Program-made: the position numbers and the translations under genes | In this document: positions 1 through 13,192 of the stretch, piece after piece | Layout of the letters: the number at the start of each line of letters is the position of its first letter | Position numbering within the stretch: the stretch's first letter is position 1 | DNA from: Octopus sinensis | Taxonomy: Eukaryota | Reading direction: 5' to 3' | DNA: 64,000 bases | NCBI RefSeq assembly: GCF_006345805.1 | Contig: NC_043008.1 | Coordinates: forward strand, 17,050,001-17,114,000 | The notes under the pieces: generated by a model | Seen by the model: the letters and a program-made list of their open reading frames with translations, nothing else | Told to the model about the DNA's origin: nothing | Databases searched by the model: none

Positions 1-162
1 GTATGCTGTGATTCGTGCAAAATGTGACTGGACAGAGATTGGTGTCAATTGTTATGATGAAAGAAGTCCTGAAAGTGTCCGAGGTAGATTTGTCGCTAGT
101 AAGCAGTAGATGATTAGGAGGTTATGGTAATAGCATATGCAATACTTAATGCGAAAAGAAAA

Positions 163-300
163 GTCGGAATCGTTAGCACGCTGGATGTACAGCGTAGTAA
201 CATTACTTCAAATACCACAGAGGGCAACTACGCCTTTCATTCGGTGTCGATAAAACAAGTGTCAGTTGAACACTTGGGTCGATGTAATCCTTTACTAAAA
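163..300 (+). mobile_element. Degraded tRNA-derived SINE, family B
   Basis: GGAATCGTTAGCACGCTGG head and CTTTCAT..GTCGATAAA..GGGTCGATGTAATC body match the family-B copies elsewhere (e.g. 12990-13192). Confidence 0.5.
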
Positions 301-384
301 CATCAGGCATTTTGTAATCCTTTACTAAAACATCAGGCATTGTGCCTATCCTCGAAATGTTTTCTAGTAACAGCAGCGAGGCAG

Positions 385-600
385 GAAGATTGCAAAATCG
401 TGGGCGATTCGAAATCTTAGAGGTATTTCTTCCGACGCATTGCATTCTAAATTCAAATTCAACTCCAACGAGATTAACCTAACCTTTTATCCTTCGAGAT
501 AGATAAAATAAGTACAGGTTGATCACTGAGAACGATGTAATCAGCCAACCCTACCGCCACCAAAACTTCGAGGCCTTGTGTCTATACTAGTAAGAAGTAA
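385..600 (+). mobile_element. Degraded SINE, family B
   Basis: TTCAAATTC..CCTTTTATCCTTCG..GATAAAATAAGTAC..GATGTAATC and GGCCTTGTG tail shared with other family-B copies. Confidence 0.55.
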
Positions 601-2418
601 TAAGAAGACAGAATGTAGAAATTCGAGGCACATAGCGTACATATTATCGTATTCTTTTTAGCACCATTTGTTGAACATAATTTATAAACTGGTGCTTGTA
701 TCAAATATAGTGTGAGTATTTTATTAACCGTTAAATTTCTTAGTCGCGTGACCTCGTTGTAAGTACGTGAGTTCGATTCTAGGACAGGGTGGGATATTGT
801 ATTTTCGAACCAAGTATTATTTTGAAGGATTATCTCATCTGCTCAGCTGAAAATGAGTACTACCCGAATGCTAGTCTAGCTCTTTGTCCTCTCCGCATCC
901 AAATATTCTGCTAAGCCAAGGTTAAGATGGCTGAGAGGTTATTTTTGCCTGCTTGCGTGTACATAAGTACCTAAAGGAATAAAATAAAGCATGTTACTAA
1001 CAACCCCTTCGAATTTCCTAGCAACTGAGGGCTATGCCCATCTCTACAAATCTTGACTTATAAAAATCCTTATAAAACGAGCATCTATACATTATCGGTA
1101 AATGTACATTTTGTGAATTTTGCAAGAAGTTTTGGTTATCATTTCATGGTGGCCTATTGCATATTGAAGCGAGAATATATTTGGCCAAATATGAATAATC
1201 GTCAAAGTTACTCATATTGATATCTGGAAAAGGATTATTATCATTTACATATTTACATGATCATATATACATATTACGTGTATGTGTATCCCACCACCCA
1301 TATATATTTAGATAATCTTCATAGAATTTCCGTGAATCAAATGAGCATTATATTGTTAAGATATCAAAAGGAGGAGAATAAAATGCTGGATTTAGCCTAT
1401 TCGTCTTATAATAGAAGCGTTATAACAACGTGTTTCATTAAACATTTTGCTGCGAATAAATCACAACAGCTGAACAACTTTGACTAGAATGTCAATTAAA
1501 CGTTTGAAGGGGTAGAGAGATTTCTTCCCTGGGGCGTGCAAGCTCCTTATTAATTTAACTTTAATTAGAACATTCTTCAACAAAAGGATACAAGGTTTTG
1601 CATAATGTGGTCTCTGTGGAAAGCCAGGAAGGTAGGAAGCTCCAATGAAACTACAGTAATATTCAGAAGTTGCTACACTTATTAGGATTCCCTCACCTAA
1701 AGAGGGACAATATAATAGACAGTCAACTATAAAAGCTCTACATAATAGCTTGATCTGATAGAAACAACAACCAAGTGACGAACAACTTTCCTTTAGATCA
1801 GAGCCTTGACCCAACAACAAATTTTCTATGTATTCACTCAATCAGCTAGAAATAACAACAAAATTTCCCTTAAATGAAAACTAAAAATGTCTTCTATGTA
1901 AAGTCGCACAGATTACAGAAAAATATCATCCAAATTTTTTAAAATGAGAACCTAGAATCTCAAAGAATTAAGAACATATTAGATAAAATGTACAGTGATA
2001 CTTCTAGAAATAAATAAATAATTCTTGTCAGGAAGATGTATTGATCGCGAATCTGCTCGATTAGGGCAGACCTGGGGTTAAACAGCTCCTCCTACTTTTC
2101 CTCCTCTTCCTTTTACTACTACTATTACTAGTACTAAGGATAGCCTTACAGTGAAGCGAATTGCATTTGTAAGAATAACTATGTAGATGTCGGTCGATAT
2201 CAATGATAAGATCCAATAACTGATCTATCTGTTAAATAATTAGCATGTGATGATATAAACTTTTAGAAGAATGCGTCATGCCATGAAAGAGCGAACAACG
2301 AACTTTCTATGTAGTCCATTGACCGGTTAGATCTAACAAACAAATTTTCCTTAAACCAAAGCCTACGTTTTTGAAACTGGAAAGGACAGACTGGCTCACA
2401 TTACAGAACGGTATACGG

Positions 2419-2790
2419 TAGCGTAGAAGTGGCTGTGTGGTAAATAGCTTGCTTACCAACAACATGGTTCCGGGTTCAGTGCCACTGTGTGGCACCTTGG
2501 GCAGGTGTTTTCTACTGTAGCATCGGGCCGACCAAAGCTTTGTGAGTGGATTTGGTAGACGGAAACTGAAAAAAGCCCGTCGTATGTATGTATGTATGTA
2601 TGTATGTATGTATGTATGTAGGTATGTATGTATGTATGTTTGTATGTATGTGTGTATGCGCTTGTCTGTCTATGTTTGTCCCACCACAACATCACTCGAC
2701 AACCGATGCTGGTGTGTTTACCTCCCCGTAACTTAGCGGTTCAGCAAATGAGACCGATAGAATAAGTACTAGTCTTACAAAGAATAAGTC
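2419..2790 (+). mobile_element. tRNA-derived CORE-like SINE, family A (OR2-like), with internal (ATGT)n
   Basis: A box TGGCTGTGTGG, B box GGTTCAGTGCC, MIR/CORE-like CACCTTGGGCAGGT; closely similar to copies at 29801, 30818, 31838 and 56352. Confidence 0.88.
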
Positions 2791-2799
2791 GCTGGCTGG

Positions 2800-2990
2800 G
2801 TGAGCAGGAAAACATTGCCCCTGATCGGAGGACTAGTCCGTCGCAAGCTTACTTGAACTGGGGCAACACCAACGTAAAAGGAAATGTTTCGTTCAAGAAC
2901 ACAACGCACTTGCCGGTCTCCGAATCGAACCCACTATCTACCGATAGTGAGTGCAACAAACTATCCACCAGGCACGTGCCTTCGCATTTA
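2800..2990 (-). mobile_element. Degraded tRNA-derived SINE
   Basis: Minus strand has GGTTCGATTC B box followed by GCGTTGTGTTCTTGAAC, as in the family-D head. Confidence 0.6.
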
Positions 2991-3389
2991 TATTATTATA
3001 ATACCATAGAAATTATTCTGTAGTAAAACAGATGTACTGGAACGTTTTAGTACATCATTGTATGTAACAGTAGCTAAAGTATGGTTGAATGATCACTTCG
3101 CAACCAGGAAGACACGGTTTCGATTCCACTGCGTAGGAGATAATGCAAATATAATTTTAAATAGCCTCGTGCCGATATGTATTTTATAGTAGTATGCATA
3201 CGGAAATTGTATAGAAGCCTTCCGTCTCGGGTGGAATTTTCTTGTAACACAATAGATTCAGGTTTCTTGATTACAACTAAGAAATTAAATTAGAATAGAT
3301 GCATATGTGGAGTACTCGGGAATTCACGTATTAATTCCGAACCACGAACAGTTAAATCCTCATCGCCGAACGACAGACAATCATCCACT

Positions 3390-3810
3390 ACCATTACCAC
3401 CACCTCCACCACCACTACTACAACCACCACCACCACAACTACCACCACCTCCACCACCACTACTACAACCACCACCATCACAACCACCACCACCACCATC
3501 ACCACCACCATCATCATCATCACCGTCACTACCATCATCATCACCATCACAACCACCACCACCACCATCACCACCACCATCATCATCATCACCGTCACTA
3601 CCATCATCACCACCTTCACCACTGCTCTCACCATCACCACAAACACTATCAAACACAACCACTATCACCAACAACACCACTGTCATCATCAACACCACTA
3701 TCATCACCACCATATCATCATCATCACCATTAGCGCCTCCGTTACCGTTACCGCTACCATCACCATCACCACATCACCACCACCAACACCACCACCAACA
3801 CCACCACCAC
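3390..3810. repeat. Compound (CCA)n/(CAT)n trinucleotide repeat with internal duplications
   Basis: CCA/CAT/CTA triplets; two internal blocks duplicated at periods of about 45 and 69 bp. Confidence 0.95.
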
Positions 3811-4399
3811 CGGATTTAATAAAATATTGCTATCGATTTTGCTCTTCCTGATTTACAAACCTGTTCACCAGTTCAATCAGGGTTAAAATTATTTTATTTT
3901 TTTCAGGAATCCTAACCAGAGTACTGCAGATAAGATACGAAACCGCGAAGTCTTGTCTCTTAGACTGATCGACACCACATACCAGTCGCCAAAGTCCAAA
4001 TCTTAGGCGAGTTGCGGTGCCAATTAAAAGAGAAAAACACTCTGAGAAAATTGTATTAAAAATGTGTTGAATAAAGGTAACATAAGAATATTCGCATTTG
4101 TTTCATATTTCTTATGAAAGATTTCATTGTTTCAGCTGTTGCTGTTTTATTGTTGATTGACTAGTAATTGTAGCTATACGACTGTCTGTTGTCTGCATTA
4201 TATTAGTGTTGTGTGTGATAGGATAAATATTAGTTGACAATAGCTGTAAGTTGGTTCATCAATTGGGATTATTGTCTTACATTAAAAAGAGAAAATAAAT
4301 CTATCTAAAAATGAAAAGCTGATAACATGAGAATGACGCCACAGCCTCAAAGAAATGGCTGTTTTACTGACAAACAATAGAGATGCAAATGACGACGAG

Positions 4400-4646
4400 G
4401 GAATATATATATATATAAATGTGTGTATATGTGTATATATGTATGTATATATATATATATATATATGTATATACAAATATATGTATATGTAATATATATA
4501 TATATTCATAGACACACACATAAAAACAAACCTACTTAATCATATACACGCACCTATGTATGTGCATGTTTGTTATCAGTGTGTATATATATGTATATGT
4601 ATGTATATATATATATATATGTATATGCATGTATATACATACATAC

Positions 4647-4718
<72 letters not shown>

Positions 4719-4769
4719 GTGTGTGTGTGTGTGTGTGTGTGTATAGGTTTGTATACGCATACACACGCA

Positions 4770-4806
<37 letters not shown>

Positions 4807-5030
4807 TATATTATATATATATATATATATATACACATCACGTATTTCTTTAAAATATTTCCCACTTTCTCTGTGTGAATGGCGGCATGGATGTACGGGT
4901 TTGTCTGAATGTATGCTTGTATCTGTATGTGTGTGAATGTGTTTATGTGTGTGTGTGTGTGTGTGCGTACGAGTGTGTGCATATGTGTTTGTGCGTATAT
5001 GTGTGTGTGTGTGTATGTGTGTGTGCGTAT
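4400..5030. repeat. Compound (TA)n/(TG)n/(ATT)n microsatellite block
   Basis: Directly visible. Confidence 0.95.
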
Positions 5031-5510
5031 CTTTTTGTCGTTGTAGCGAACAAAAAGAAAATCTAATATTGATATATTATGCCTCAGTGTACTTGAAATA
5101 ATCACACACAATCACCTTTTATGTACAAACACAAATACACTCATATATTTATAATACACACATGTGGATAATATATAATAATTAATAATAAAGACAGTAC
5201 ATACGTCTTGTTACAGACATATCATTTTATCAGTTGTAAGTTCTACAGAATGGCGAGTATTTGATCTTAGATAATTTTAAACTCATCTTAATCTAACATC
5301 CATAAACAATTTAGCTTAAAAGTTTATAAGCTAAATATCCTTTCCATAAATCTATAGAATCTATACGCTGCTATTTATACCGACAGTAGGATATTATCAG
5401 TGGAAACTGATAAAAGGATACTGATTTTTCTAGAAATTTGGGTTTGCTTTTAGGATTAAAATGAAAACCAGACGTACGGTTTAGTATAATAAGTATATAA
5501 TAATAAAAAA

Positions 5511-5750
5511 TGCGCCCTTTTTAAAGCCTAGCCAGACTCATGGACGCGGTTTCCCGGTTTCTATGGCTTATGTGTTCTCCAGCTGGACGGGACGCCAGTC
5601 CATCGCAGCGTTACTCATTTTTGCCAGCTGAGTGGACTGAGTGAAATGAAGTGTTTTGCTCCAGAACAGAACGCGTCGCCCGTCCAGGAATCGAAATCAC
5701 AATCTTACGATCATGTTGCTGACACCCTAACTACTAAGCCCCGCGCCTCC
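5511..5750 (-). mobile_element. tRNA-derived SINE, family D (V-domain-like core)
   Basis: Reverse complement of the 9081-9340 copy; core GCGATGGACTGGCGTCCCGTCCAG; (TTA)-rich tail. Confidence 0.9.
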
Positions 5751-6026
5751 ACTATATGTATAAATAATTACATATATTAAATTCTGATACTTTCTTCGTG
5801 CTTTTGAAGATCATGAGGAAGGGGGTCAACACTAGGTAACTACGTAAACTGATCTTTAAACGTCAGACCCTTTCGCAATTGTGGTACATCTACAGGCTTT
5901 GGTTAAATGAAAGTTTGGACGACAACTCGTTTGTATTTGCCGTTTCTCATCCGCTGTAGTCACTCTGGCTTTCTCAAAGTTGTTTGTAGCGATCTGGTTG
6001 CTGTCTCGTCAAATTTATGCTGCTTC

Positions 6027-6355
6027 AACAATGAATACCTCCAGCAGGTCAATATCTCCAGCATTCAAGCCGTGCTTCTGCTCAGTCAGTTCAGATGGGC
6101 AGGACATATCTGACGTATGGGCAAATTGAGAATCCCGAAAGCAATATACTGCAGTGCTGCCAGGACAAAAGAAACTGGGGATTCCATTGGAAGCTCAAAT
6201 AGACAAAAATAGAAACCAGTGGCTGGATAAGTCAGCACAAGGAAACGCATAGATGTATAGAATATATCATATGAAAAACACATATGAATATACGAAGAAT
6301 ATCTAAGGTGATACACCAGTTATATATGTTGAAATATGATGATGATGATGATGAA
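6027..6355 (+). mobile_element. RTE-clade LINE 3' remnant
   Basis: Translates NNEYLQQVNISSIQAVLLLSQFRWAGHI*RM, resembling the RTE C-terminal EVL..A.I.SIE.ML...QLRWAGHV.RM; (GAT)n tail near 6337-6354. Confidence 0.6.
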
Positions 6356-6506
6356 GATATTGTCAATAAAATAAATTTCATGCTATTTGCTGATCACTAT
6401 AGAGAGGTGTTAATTGGAAAGACGTTTCATAACAACTTCATCTAAAATTTAGGAGCAAAGATTTCTACCTATGTTAAGCCGATGGCAATATTATTAGTGT
6501 TTCCCA

Positions 6507-6559
<53 letters not shown>

Positions 6560-6587
6560 ATTTAAAGCAGCAGAAAATTCAACAAAG

Positions 6588-6626
6588 CTTGTTACTCTGA
6601 GTTTCCCGTTGCCGTTCATCGGACAG
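6588..6626 (-). ncRNA. Minimal type I hammerhead ribozyme-like motif (CCGAUGA core)
   Basis: Minus strand CTGT-CCGATGA-A-CG GCAA CG-G-GAAA-CT CAG AG-TA-ACA: stem I 3 bp, stem II 2 bp with GNRA loop, stem III ACT/AGT, GUA site. Confidence 0.6.
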
Positions 6627-6824
6627 TTTTTGCTAGCAAAATAAAGCATATTACTCAACCACTGATATTTGAGTACTCTTTTTTCCACCTTGTTTCACAT
6701 TTATGTATTTACTCCGGTATACATACATACATACATACATACATACATACATACACATACATACATACATACATACATATATACATACATACATGCATAT
6801 ATATTTATAATCATACATACTGGT

Positions 6825-7010
6825 TGGGCCAGCAGGCCCCGTCTCCTGATCAGAAAGTCATTCCATCGCTGTGTAACCCATTTACAGCTACGTTGACTGG
6901 AGAAATGGGAAATGAAGTATTTTGCTCAAGAACACAACGCCAGCCTGGTCCGGGAATCGGACCTGCGATGATCGCAAGTGCGAAACCTTAACCACTAGGC
7001 CACTTGTCTT
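6825..7010 (-). mobile_element. Degraded tRNA-derived SINE (family D-like head)
   Basis: Minus strand TGGCCTAGTGG A box and GCGTTGTGTTCTTGAGCAAAATACTTCATTTC. Confidence 0.7.
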
Positions 7011-7146
7011 GACACAGATAGACATATATATACAGACACACTGACACACATGTATATATACATTCGTATGTCCGTGTCTGTATACATATGCATTTATATA
7101 TATATACATATAAGTGCAGATATATATATATAATAAATAAAAATGC

Positions 7147-7212
<66 letters not shown>

Positions 7213-7854
7213 GTGTGTGTGTCTGTGTGTTTATGAGAAGAGTCTGGGGAAGCAGAATAGATGAGAATGAAATTTAAAGTGGTGTAAGTTTCAGAAAAGT
7301 CAGAGATGTATTAAACGGAATAATGAAACGATTAAATCTTCAAAATAAATAAACTGTTGATATGAAGGAAAAATTGGTAAACTATTCGAAAAAAATTGGT
7401 TTCCTAAGAAAAGAAATATCACATGTGTCTTTCGTAAATTTATGACTGTCGTTTTTCGAGACTTTGTTTACATTAGGGAATCAAATACTTTGAATATTTA
7501 TTTCGTTCTCACCTGATATGTAGAATGACGACCAAACGTTTATATAAAATAAATTATTATACAAGATGGGAAATATTCATAAACTGTTTTGATAAAATAT
7601 ATCCCTTTCATTGTTTAATGGTGTATTTATAGTTGTGGGTCGTCAGTTGGGATTTCTGTCATAAACAATTTTTCGTTTGTTATTTAAAAAACAGTTGCAC
7701 CGCATCTTAGGCAAGTGTGTTTTGTTTGTTCATTTGTTTTCATTGTAGCCTTCTGTTGACTTAAGGCTTGTGAGTCGAATTGCTTAGACAGTAATTGTAA
7801 TTGTATTCCAAAGGCCCAGTTTCTGTGTAATATTTTCTTTTGCTGATTGTGTCT

Positions 7855-8015
7855 GAGAAATTACGTTTTAGCGATTCGGCAAAATATACCGATAGAATAA
7901 GTACTAGGCTTACAAAGAATAAGTTCTGGTATCGATTTGCTCGACTAAAGGCGGTGCTCCAGCATGGCCACAGTCAAATGACTGAAATAAGTAAAAGAGT
8001 AAAAGAGAGTAAAGA
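7855..8015 (+). mobile_element. Family A SINE, 3' half
   Basis: CCGATAGAATAAGTACTAGGCTTACAAAG..GGCGGTGCTCCAGCATGGCC..AGTAAAAGAG tail. Confidence 0.85.
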
Positions 8016-9080
8016 GTATAGTTTTGTTTGTAGTACAAGCTTTAGAGAAAATGTTCTCAGCGCATAATCAGCCCTGACCCGGTTGAACTGTAATCAAATG
8101 ATTTTTATTCGTAAAGTGAGAGATCGAACCCTAGTTGCAGCATGGAGACTTGTATACCTTAATAAACCCTGAGAGCCATACTAGCGGAGAACAAAGCTTC
8201 TAGTAGGGTCTGCCATGCTATGCAGATCAAAGGGATTTAAGCCAGTGTAATATAGAACACCTCTTCGCAGAAATAAAAATGGATTTGCGTAGAGTACAGA
8301 AGTATTGATGACTGTTAAAATCTAGCAAGACCTGTGAGAGGAAAGCCAGCCCAAAGTCGAGAACAGCGGAGAAAAGTCATGGATGGGATGTACTCCAACA
8401 GTCAAATAAGTAGCAGTGGGATACGAAGCCGTTTACTTGCTAATTCAATGAGGTTGCATTATATTTGATCGAACAACTGGATAAGCACTATTGAAACTGA
8501 CGAAGTTTCATTACTTTAACACAGTTATCGTTCGGAATTCTTCTTTGTGCATTGAGAAAGAAAGAAACACAGAAAGGCTTAAAGAAGAATAACTTCGCGA
8601 AAAAAATTGAGCTTTGAAGCATACAAGTCTTATTTGAAATTTCATGTGTGAGTTGATGGTTTTTCTGTGTTTAGATATAGTGATTTGTGGAAGGCATTAC
8701 TTACAGAAATATAGCTTTCTTATTCAACAGTTTATATTTTTCTCAGATTTATGCTCGGGAAAATCTAGTGGTCTTTAAACTTCTTTCATACTCTCTCAGC
8801 CGAAAATATCGAACTCTTTATTGTGTAAATTTATTGATTGGGCATTACACAATAATGACACAACTTGTTCACTTCTATCCTGACCAGCACAACAACTTCT
8901 TAGCTTACAGAAGAAGGGATTCGTTCGTTCAGTTGCCCGTTGCAGTAGCTGCTATGGAGTCGATGAGTAAACTTGGCACGTCTACGGAAAAGCTTGTAAA
9001 GCAGGCCAAACATTGTACCCTTTATTTATTTATTTAATTTTTTAATAAAAATTACAAAGTGCATATCCTCTTGTGTAGAT

Positions 9081-9340
9081 GCGCGTGGCTTAGTCGTTAG
9101 TGTATCAGCATCAGGATCGTAAGATTGTGGTTTCCGATTTCTGGACCGGGTGACGCGTTGTGTTCTTGAGCAAAACACTTCATTTCACATTGCTCCAGTC
9201 CACTCAGTTGGCAAAAATGAGTAATGCTGCGATGGACTGGCGTCCCGTGCAGCTGGGGAACACATACGCCATAGAAACCGGGAAACCGGGCCCCATGATC
9301 CTGGCTATGCTTTAAAAGGGCGCATTTGTTTATATTTATA
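9081..9340 (+). mobile_element. tRNA-derived SINE, family D, full length
   Basis: A box TGGCTTAGTCG, B-box-like GTTTCCGATTTC, core GCGATGGACTGGCGTCCCG, AT-rich tail; matches 5511-5750. Confidence 0.9.
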
Positions 9341-10014
9341 TTTATGTTGTAATCTGATGCTTTGTGGTACCTTTTGCAGAACTCAAATGCAGGTCCCCTA
9401 ACCAACCTGAACTGTCGGGGAAATTTCCGCAAAAGAACTGTGAAATAGAAACACAGGCACCCACCCAGTTCGATGGAACACATATCTGGCTTTCTAAAAG
9501 TTGTTTGTAGCGATATGTATGCTATCTCGTCACATTTATGCTGCTTCAACAATGAATACCTCCAGCAGGTCAATATCCCCAGCATTGAAGCCGTGTCTTC
9601 TGCTCAGCCAGTTTCCTTCCACATTGCACCGCAACTAATCAACTCCATTTAACAGCTTCCCTCTTCTAGGTCTTTAAGCTCCTAGAACTAAATTCTCTAT
9701 TTCTTGTTGAAGATATTAGTCAACAGTTATTATCGTTATTACAAGTTTGGTTGGAATATGCCTCATAGATGCCTTTTTCTAATTTGCTCGGTGCGGCCTT
9801 TTCAGTGTTATAATACAAAAAGTATGATAAAAATAAAAACAAATTAAGTATCCTACATATACTGCGACAAGCTAAAAAGGATAAAATGAGCAACAACTCC
9901 TTCAGCAACTGAACTACCCGAAGCTTCTCTTCAATTTACGGAATCTGAAAGAAACAAGTTCCACTTGGACAAAAATATATACTGCAGTAACTACTGCTAC
10001 TGCTAGTGCCGTGT

Positions 10015-10018
10015 CTGT

Positions 10019-10097
<79 letters not shown>

Positions 10098-10231
10098 GAT
10101 GATGACGATGATGATGATGAGGAGGAGGATTTCTACTGCGGCTGTTGCAACTTATGACGATGGTGACGACGATGATGATGTTGATTATGATGATGTAGAA
10201 AAGAAACGAAATCCAGGAGGATTGTGGAGTC

Positions 10232-10284
<53 letters not shown>

Positions 10285-10291
10285 CAGCAGC

Positions 10292-10323
<32 letters not shown>

Positions 10324-10390
10324 AGTAGTAGTAGTAGAAGAAGAAGAAGAAGAAGAAGAAGAAGAAGAAGAAGAAGAAGAAGAAGAAAAA
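10015..10390. repeat. Compound trinucleotide block (CTA)n-(GAT)n-cassette-(TAG)n-(GAA)n
   Basis: Directly visible; central 110 bp recurs at 21983-22089. Confidence 0.95.
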
Positions 10391-10959
10391 GAAGAGAATA
10401 ATATACAAAGAGAGAGAGAGAGTACATAAAAAAATGAATCGAAAACAAATGGCAAGAAATCTCAGAAGATGAAGACAGCAAAAAAAAAAATTGATAGAAG
10501 ACAAGACAATAAAACTGCAGAGTATGATGGAGAATAAATATAAAAAGCAAGGAAGAGCTAAAAAAACAAAAAAAAAGTAAAAATACAAAGAAATAAACAC
10601 CGCGTGATGAATAATAAAATGAAATATATAACAAAAGAAAAGACAAAAAAAACCCCGTAGAAATGATGAGTTCGAAACTTGTTAACTATATATATATATA
10701 TACATATATATATATTGTTATTAGATTTATATAGAGTTGTTATATTTGTAATATATTGTTAGGAAATGTGAATATTTATTGGTGAGCTGTATGCGTTTTG
10801 AATTATTTCTGTTTTTGTATCCAATATTTTTGTGCTGGTTTTCTTGTTTTCTTTTTTTGTATATTTTTGTTTTTTTCCCTGAAAACTGGAATCTCTGATA
10901 AACTCCAGACGTCTTTCTGATTGATGTTTTTGTTCATGCTGATGATGAAAATGTCGGTT

Positions 10960-10960
10960 A

Positions 10961-11035
<75 letters not shown>

Positions 11036-11070
11036 CATTATTATTATCATTATTATTAGTATTTGTTGCT
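10960..11070. repeat. (TTA)n microsatellite
   Basis: Directly visible. Confidence 0.95.
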
Positions 11071-11589
11071 GTTGTTGTTGTGTTAATTGTGACAATTGTA
11101 CTGTCAACAATTTTTATAATCAATCATGCGAAATGTTCTATGGTGTTTTGGTTAAATTATCAAAGGATCAACTTTTGCGATTTAGTTTCAATTCCCATGT
11201 GCAGTTGCAGTCGCTTCGCTTTTTTTCTTTTTTTTCTTCTTTCTTTCCTTTATATGAAAAGCTGGTCTTCAGAGATTTCTAAAATGTAATTCATACATCT
11301 AGGTAAATATAATTTGTATGTAAGCGTAAACAAATGAAAAATATTAATTACATTTCAATTTTTTTTAATGTTTGCGCTGTATTAATTTAAGAGAAAAAAA
11401 TAATTTTTAAAAATTTAATTGTGTACTTGTGTTAGATTTAATATATTAACCAGTTGTTTATATTTTGTTGTACTGCATTACAACCGAGAGAGCAGAATCA
11501 TACTTCAGAAATCGTTATCTTGTCTAACTGACACCATACAATACTTCTTTCTGTGTCTGGTCTCCCAATCGCTCACATAATATATCATA

Positions 11590-11678
11590 CACACACACAT
11601 ACACACAAGCACGCACACACACACATATATGTATGTATGTATGTATGTATATATATATATATATATATTATATAATAT

Positions 11679-11710
<32 letters not shown>

Positions 11711-11799
11711 CATATATACATATGTATGCATATATATATATGATAAATATTTATATATGATATATATCTATATATGTATATAGATATATAATATATATA

Positions 11800-11834
<35 letters not shown>

Positions 11835-12100
11835 CATACATATATATAAACATGTATATATACATACATATATATGTGTATGTATATATATATATATATA
11901 CTTACATAGATATACATATAATAAACATATATAATATTTATACATGTATATATATTATATCGAGAGAGAGAGAGAGAGAGAGAGAAACAGACAGACAGAC
12001 GGACAGAGGGAGATATATTCATATATAGATGGATAGATAGATATGTGTGTATGTGAGTGTGTGTGTGAGTGTGTATGTGCATGTACATATCGTATCATAT
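11590..12100. repeat. Compound (AC)/(TA)/(GA)/(GT) microsatellite block
   Basis: Directly visible. Confidence 0.95.
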
Positions 12101-12238
12101 AACCCACGTACAGGACATTTATTTCATATATTTCTGTCTTAGCGTGAGCTTGTCTGTATGAAAGAGTCAAATTGACATAAGGAGGAGGAGAGTCAAATAG
12201 AGAGGAGTAGAGAGAGGTAGAGAACGTATGTGCGCGCG

Positions 12239-12269
<31 letters not shown>

Positions 12270-12989
12270 TTATATATAATATATATATATATAACAAGGG
12301 GATCTTTGATATATCCTACTCACATTTTACAATCACTGATCACATAGATCGGCCAAGTTATAAACCTGTCATCTCTACAAACAAGCACGTCACCTTCCAC
12401 CTAGAACTAACCGAGATAAATAAAATCCTCTCCCACACTTGCATGCTTCCACCCAATCTCCATCACTATTTTTCTTATTCTATCTCTAAATCTCCATCAA
12501 TGATAACGCTATGAACACTGGTTACATTTCCTTCCCGAACAGACTTCAAACAGATGGCTTACATCATGTATTTATTATCTAAACTTCCTTTGCTTTTCGC
12601 TAACCGCAATAACGACACTGTTAATCTTTAATGTTTATGTTTTGAATGACTGATTGATTGTCAAGTCAAACACTTGATATAACCTCCATTGTGTTTCAGG
12701 CCGCAACAGTGGAGTCGACAAGAGATGGATGATTTACATTACAATCAAATTTAGTTGTGCCGGGAACTATTGAAATTTGGTAGCTTCCGACGTGAAACAG
12801 GTTCGGGTTAGTGTTTCATTTCTCAAGTAGTATTAGTATTGCTAGCCATTGACGAAATAATAGTGGCTGTTTTACTTTTATTGCCAAGGCCTGATCCAGT
12901 AGAACGATAATCAATAGCTGTCCGGTTCTTTATTTTCACTTGTTACTATCCGGTCGTATTTTCGGACGGTCTATCTAATCCTTTTTGTA

Positions 12990-13192
12990 TTATAGAAACA
13001 AGGTGTGACATTTGAGGGGAAGGGACTTGTCGATTACATTGACTCCAGTGCTCAACTGGTAATTATTTTATCGACCCCCAAAAAATGTAAGACACAATCG
13101 ACCTCGTTGGAATTTGAACTCAGAACGTAACGACGGGCGAGGATGGCTAAGCATTTCGTCCAGCATGCTAAAGATTCTGCCAGCTCGCCGCC
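12990..13192 (-). mobile_element. tRNA-derived SINE, family B, near full length
   Basis: Minus strand starts GGCGGCGAGCTGGCAGAATC; B box GAGTTCAAATTCC; body GTCGATAAAATAA..GTCAATGTAATCGAC. Confidence 0.88.

Noticed and set aside
283-341. Small tandem duplications (30-bp period here; 16 bp at 16503; 19 bp at 61812)
   Set aside because: Ordinary slippage events with no further structure.
1461-1841. 126-aa minus-strand ORF with a nearby TTTCTAG acceptor at 1846
   Set aside because: All three frames hit a stop within four codons of the acceptor, and no motif is recognised; possibly a decayed TE.
3290-3819. 170-aa Pro/Ser/His-rich ORF and opposite-strand Val/Gly-rich ORFs
   Set aside because: Translations of (CCA)/(CAT) repeats, which are stop-free by construction; no domain or splice support.
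12704-12800. Possible exon after TGTGTTTCAG
   Set aside because: Stops occur in all frames within ~75 nt, and there is no convincing donor.
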